Positions 53,986-64,000 of a stretch of 64,000 nt of DNA are shown piece after piece (positions within the stretch are counted from its first letter, which is position 1; every line of letters begins with the position of its first letter). The notes under the pieces were generated by a model. That model did not search any database. It saw nothing but the letters and a program-made list of their open reading frames with translations, and was not told the DNA's origin. The stretch spans positions 18,766 through 82,765 of the forward strand of contig CALSCP010001275.1 of assembly GCA_943704425.1 (NCBI GenBank). The letters run 5' to 3'. Position numbers and translations under genes: made by a program. This DNA is from Ministeria vibrans ATCC 50519. Taxonomy: Eukaryota; Protista; Filasterea.

Positions 53986-55279
53986 ATGCTGCTTCTTGTC
54001 GCCGCCCCCCACCCAAGCTGGGCACTACCTAGCAGAGAAGCAGCCTCATTGCAAGTAAGGAAACGACAGCAAAAACGGTTCGTTTTCTCACCTCATCTTT
54101 CCAGGTCCTCGCCTTTGTCCGCGCCGCCAACGTGACTGTCCACATCCGAGAATGTGCCAGCGAACGAATGTCTCCATCAGGTAGCCTCGCAAAAAAACAC
54201 ACGCCAGAGACGACAAGCGATGATTCTCCGTTGCATCGTTTTGCTCTCGTTCCTCTCACTCTTACTCGTTTCCGCTGTAACCCTCTCATGCTTTTTTTTT
54301 GTGTTGCTAGGCCACCTGCCAGCGCTCATCCTCGACGATGGCCGCGTCTTTGCCACTGTCGACACCATCATTGCCCACTTCCGCGCGACTGGAGCCCATC
54401 TGGACGACACACTCACTAACGTGCAGTGTGCCGACACCATTGCGCTGTGTGCCCTCATTAGCTCGACTCTGTCGACCGCCTACCTTTACGACCTCCACAT
54501 TCTGCCGGCAAACCAGACGTTTGCTCGTCGGCACCTCAATGCACAACTGCCCTTCCCCTACAACTATGTCCAGCCGTGGTTCACCGTCCGCTCCGTCGAA
54601 ATCCAAACCTGTGCACTTCTCAGTGTCCCCACTAGCGCCCTCCGTGACAAATCAACCGCCTCAAAGGTCCTATCTCTTTCGCGGAGTTTCTTCTTCTCTC
54701 TTTATGTGTCTCCGTCTCTATCTGTGTTTGTCTTTTTCTCGTGTTATCATCTTCGTTTCTCTCTCTCTCGTCTAACCCTTCGTTTGTTTTTTTTTTCTTT
54801 GCGTTTTGCAGATGTTGGATCGCGTAAGAAGCGCTCTCAACGTCCTGTCCAACCGCCTGGGTGTCTCTGAATACATTCACGGACACACGCTTACATCCAT
54901 CGACACGTGCGCCTACGCCCACCTTGCACTGTTGCTGCACACGCCACTCCCGCACGACCGTCTCCAGCGACTCGTCCGTCAACACGAGACTCTTGTCCGC
55001 TTTGTCACTCGCATCCACACGCGCCTTTTTGACCAGCCCCACCCGCAGCCTACCCCGCCCCACCGGCCCCTCCTTGCCAACTCCTCAACCCCCACCGCGT
55101 CCCACAGCAAGCCCGATCCGTCCTTCTCCAGCCCTCCGTCCCATCCATACCTATGGTCTGCCGCCGCCGCCCTCTCCCTTGCCCTCTACGCCGTCACCTC
55201 CGGCGCTCTTACTCACCTGCTTCTTCAGCGTCGCGTCCTCCCCGACGACGACCTCGATGACTTTGACTTGGATGTATAA
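53986..55279 (+). CDS. Metaxin (MTX1-like, C-terminal TM), mitochondrial SAM complex; 4 exons
   Basis: WALPS...SLQ|VLAFVR...MSPSG|HLPAL; LPFPYNY; ALNVLSNRLG.SEYIHG..LTSIDTCAYAHLA (GST-like C-terminal domain); hydrophobic tail LWSAAAALSLALYAV. Confidence 0.85.
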
Positions 55280-55505
55280 TTTTTCTTTTCATCTTATTCT
55301 TTCAAGAGTTTCAGAACTTCTAATATCAATACGTCTTATTATTAAAATTAATAATAATAATAATTATTAATATTTTTAATTTGGAGTGTCAATCTGTGTG
55401 ATTTTCTCCACCAATTTTCGTAGTTAAAACCCGCTCTTTTAGCGACTTTCGCTGGTGCCGCCCAGACAGCCGTCTTTCACCTTCCAACTATACATTGTTT
55501 ATATT

Positions 55506-56519
55506 TTAGGCTGCGTACCGACCGCCAGCCCACCAGGCGGTATACGTCAGAGTACACCAGCCCACCGCACGACACATTGCAACCCACGATGGTTTGTTAG
55601 GCCCTCTTACATAGGTGTCGGTCGCGCTCAGAACTAAGCCACTGCCAAGAGCATAGAGTGCACAGTACTGCACATGGAAGAATATCATGGACGCTAGTGT
55701 CGCAACAACGGGGGCCGCACTCATAAGAAACAGACGACCCACGTTGCCTTCGTATCGGATTAGATAGCTCACGAGGATACCAGTCGTTGCTTGCGAGAGC
55801 ACAAGTAAAAGCGCAGGCAGGCTTTGCAGGGGCCACTTTGCAAACGCCTCAAAGCTCAGTGGTGGCACTTGCAGCCAGCCTGGCATCATAATCAGAGCTG
55901 GTACGCTACCCACTATGGAAAATAGGGTCATAACAGTGTTGATTTCCGACACGCTGCTCCTCGGCAACAGATCCATGCGCCTTTCGCTAGTCGCGCCGGC
56001 AAGAGCGGAGGCACAGCAGTAGAGAAATACCGACAGGACTGTGGACGTGTCGCCAAAGACGCTGGACGTACCGCACGAGGTCACAAGAAAGGTACCGCCC
56101 AGTAGAACAGCGAGTGTCGCACCCCGATGCGTTGCTATTGGTTTCCGCAGCCAGAGAGCGGAAAAGACGGCGGTTGGCACTATTTTCAAATTCAACAGAC
56201 TCTGCAGTATGCCCGGATCGATTCGGGATGCCAAAGCCACATGTGCCGTATTGACTCCCACGTACATAACAGCAGGGAGCCAAAGAGTAAGCATACCCCG
56301 CTGGTTTGTCGCAGGAACACCACTCGAGAGAAAGTGAGCGAAATTGAGCACCAACTTGAAGATCTCTCCCCACAACGTCACCACCATTCCCGCGAGAAGG
56401 CGTTCCTCAAGACGCTCTGGCGTGGACGTCCCCATGCTGTAGCTGGCGCCGGCATGCATCGCGGACGACACGGCGCCTGCCAGGAGCACAAGAGACAAGC
56501 GAAACACCCGAGGAACCAT
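55506..56519 (-). CDS. Nucleotide-sugar transporter (SLC35A-like, DMT fold)
   Basis: 337-aa polytopic ORF with [59 protein letters not shown]. Confidence 0.85.
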   Translation of the reverse strand: MVPRVFRLSLVLLAGAVSSAMHAGASYSMGTSTPERLEERLLAGMVVTLWGEIFKLVLNFAHFLSSGVPATNQRGMLTLWLPAVMYVGVNTAHVALASRIDPGILQSLLNLKIVPTAVFSALWLRKPIATHRGATLAVLLGGTFLVTSCGTSSVFGDTSTVLSVFLYCCASALAGATSERRMDLLPRSSVSEINTVMTLFSIVGSVPALIMMPGWLQVPPLSFEAFAKWPLQSLPALLLVLSQATTGILVSYLIRYEGNVGRLFLMSAAPVVATLASMIFFHVQYCALYALGSGLVLSATDTYVRGPNKPSWVAMCRAVGWCTLTYTAWWAGGRYAA

Positions 56520-56567
56520 CTGTGTCTTGATCTTGTGAGCCGACAGACACGGGAAGACAAACGCGCG

Positions 56568-56671
<104 letters not shown>

Positions 56672-56805
56672 CAGTCAGGTAACAATGCTACGCAGGCACT
56701 TGCATTAAGAAAGAATGAGAAATGAGTGTAATATACTATATTATTATGCTCGTTATTCGTTCGTCACTTATTCTGTCAATCTCTGTGATCACTCAATTTC
56801 TCACA

Positions 56806-63805
<7,000 letters not shown>

Positions 63806-63912
63806 GTAAGTCAGCAAAGAAAGAGAGAGGAGGGGGAAAGAAACAAAGTGATAGAGAAAGAGAGTGTGTGAGAGTGAGGAGGGAGGGACTGAGATAGCGA
63901 GAGCGCGATAAA

Positions 63913-63916
<4 letters not shown>

Positions 63917-64000
<84 letters not shown>
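63917..64000. repeat. (GA)n microsatellite in a DOCK intron (other intronic tracts: (CT)n 58724-58835, (CA)n 35231-35285 and 46954-47027, (TG)n 42560-42616, AG-rich 43030-43300)
   Basis: Directly visible. Confidence 0.95.

Overview
Gene-dense, intron-containing eukaryotic DNA with microsatellite-rich introns. The gene set (FHOD-type formin, DOCK6/7/8, BLOC1S3, MGME1, ACP7, Sfi1-like) is most compatible with a unicellular holozoan protist; this is an inference. The dominant feature is missing from the ORF track: a giant minus-strand gene from ATG 20453, with one 92-nt coding intron (17398-17489), followed by a stop-free exon of 17,397 nt that runs off the left edge (at least 6,787 aa). It encodes a helical N-terminal arm and six concatenated midasin/MoxR-like AAA+ modules with alternating intact and degenerate motifs. 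A roughly 3,000-aa helical/coiled-coil region follows, then a C2-like segment and tandem ASH/PapD-like Ig domains, which is not canonical midasin architecture. The rest of the window holds, in order: an FHOD formin with an extra C-terminal domain, ALIX/HD-PTP-like Bro1, a JmjC oxygenase, purple acid phosphatase, an Sfi1-repeat protein, an uncharacterised Cys-motif/Gln-rich protein, a single-pass Cys-rich protein, an MFS transporter, two intron-containing tRNA-Leu(AAG) genes, MGME1, BLOC1S3, a protein of three tandem double-zinc-finger modules, WDR36/UTP21, metaxin, an SLC35A-like transporter and DOCK-C (3'-truncated). Gene models are hand-spliced and family calls come from remembered motifs; no search was run.
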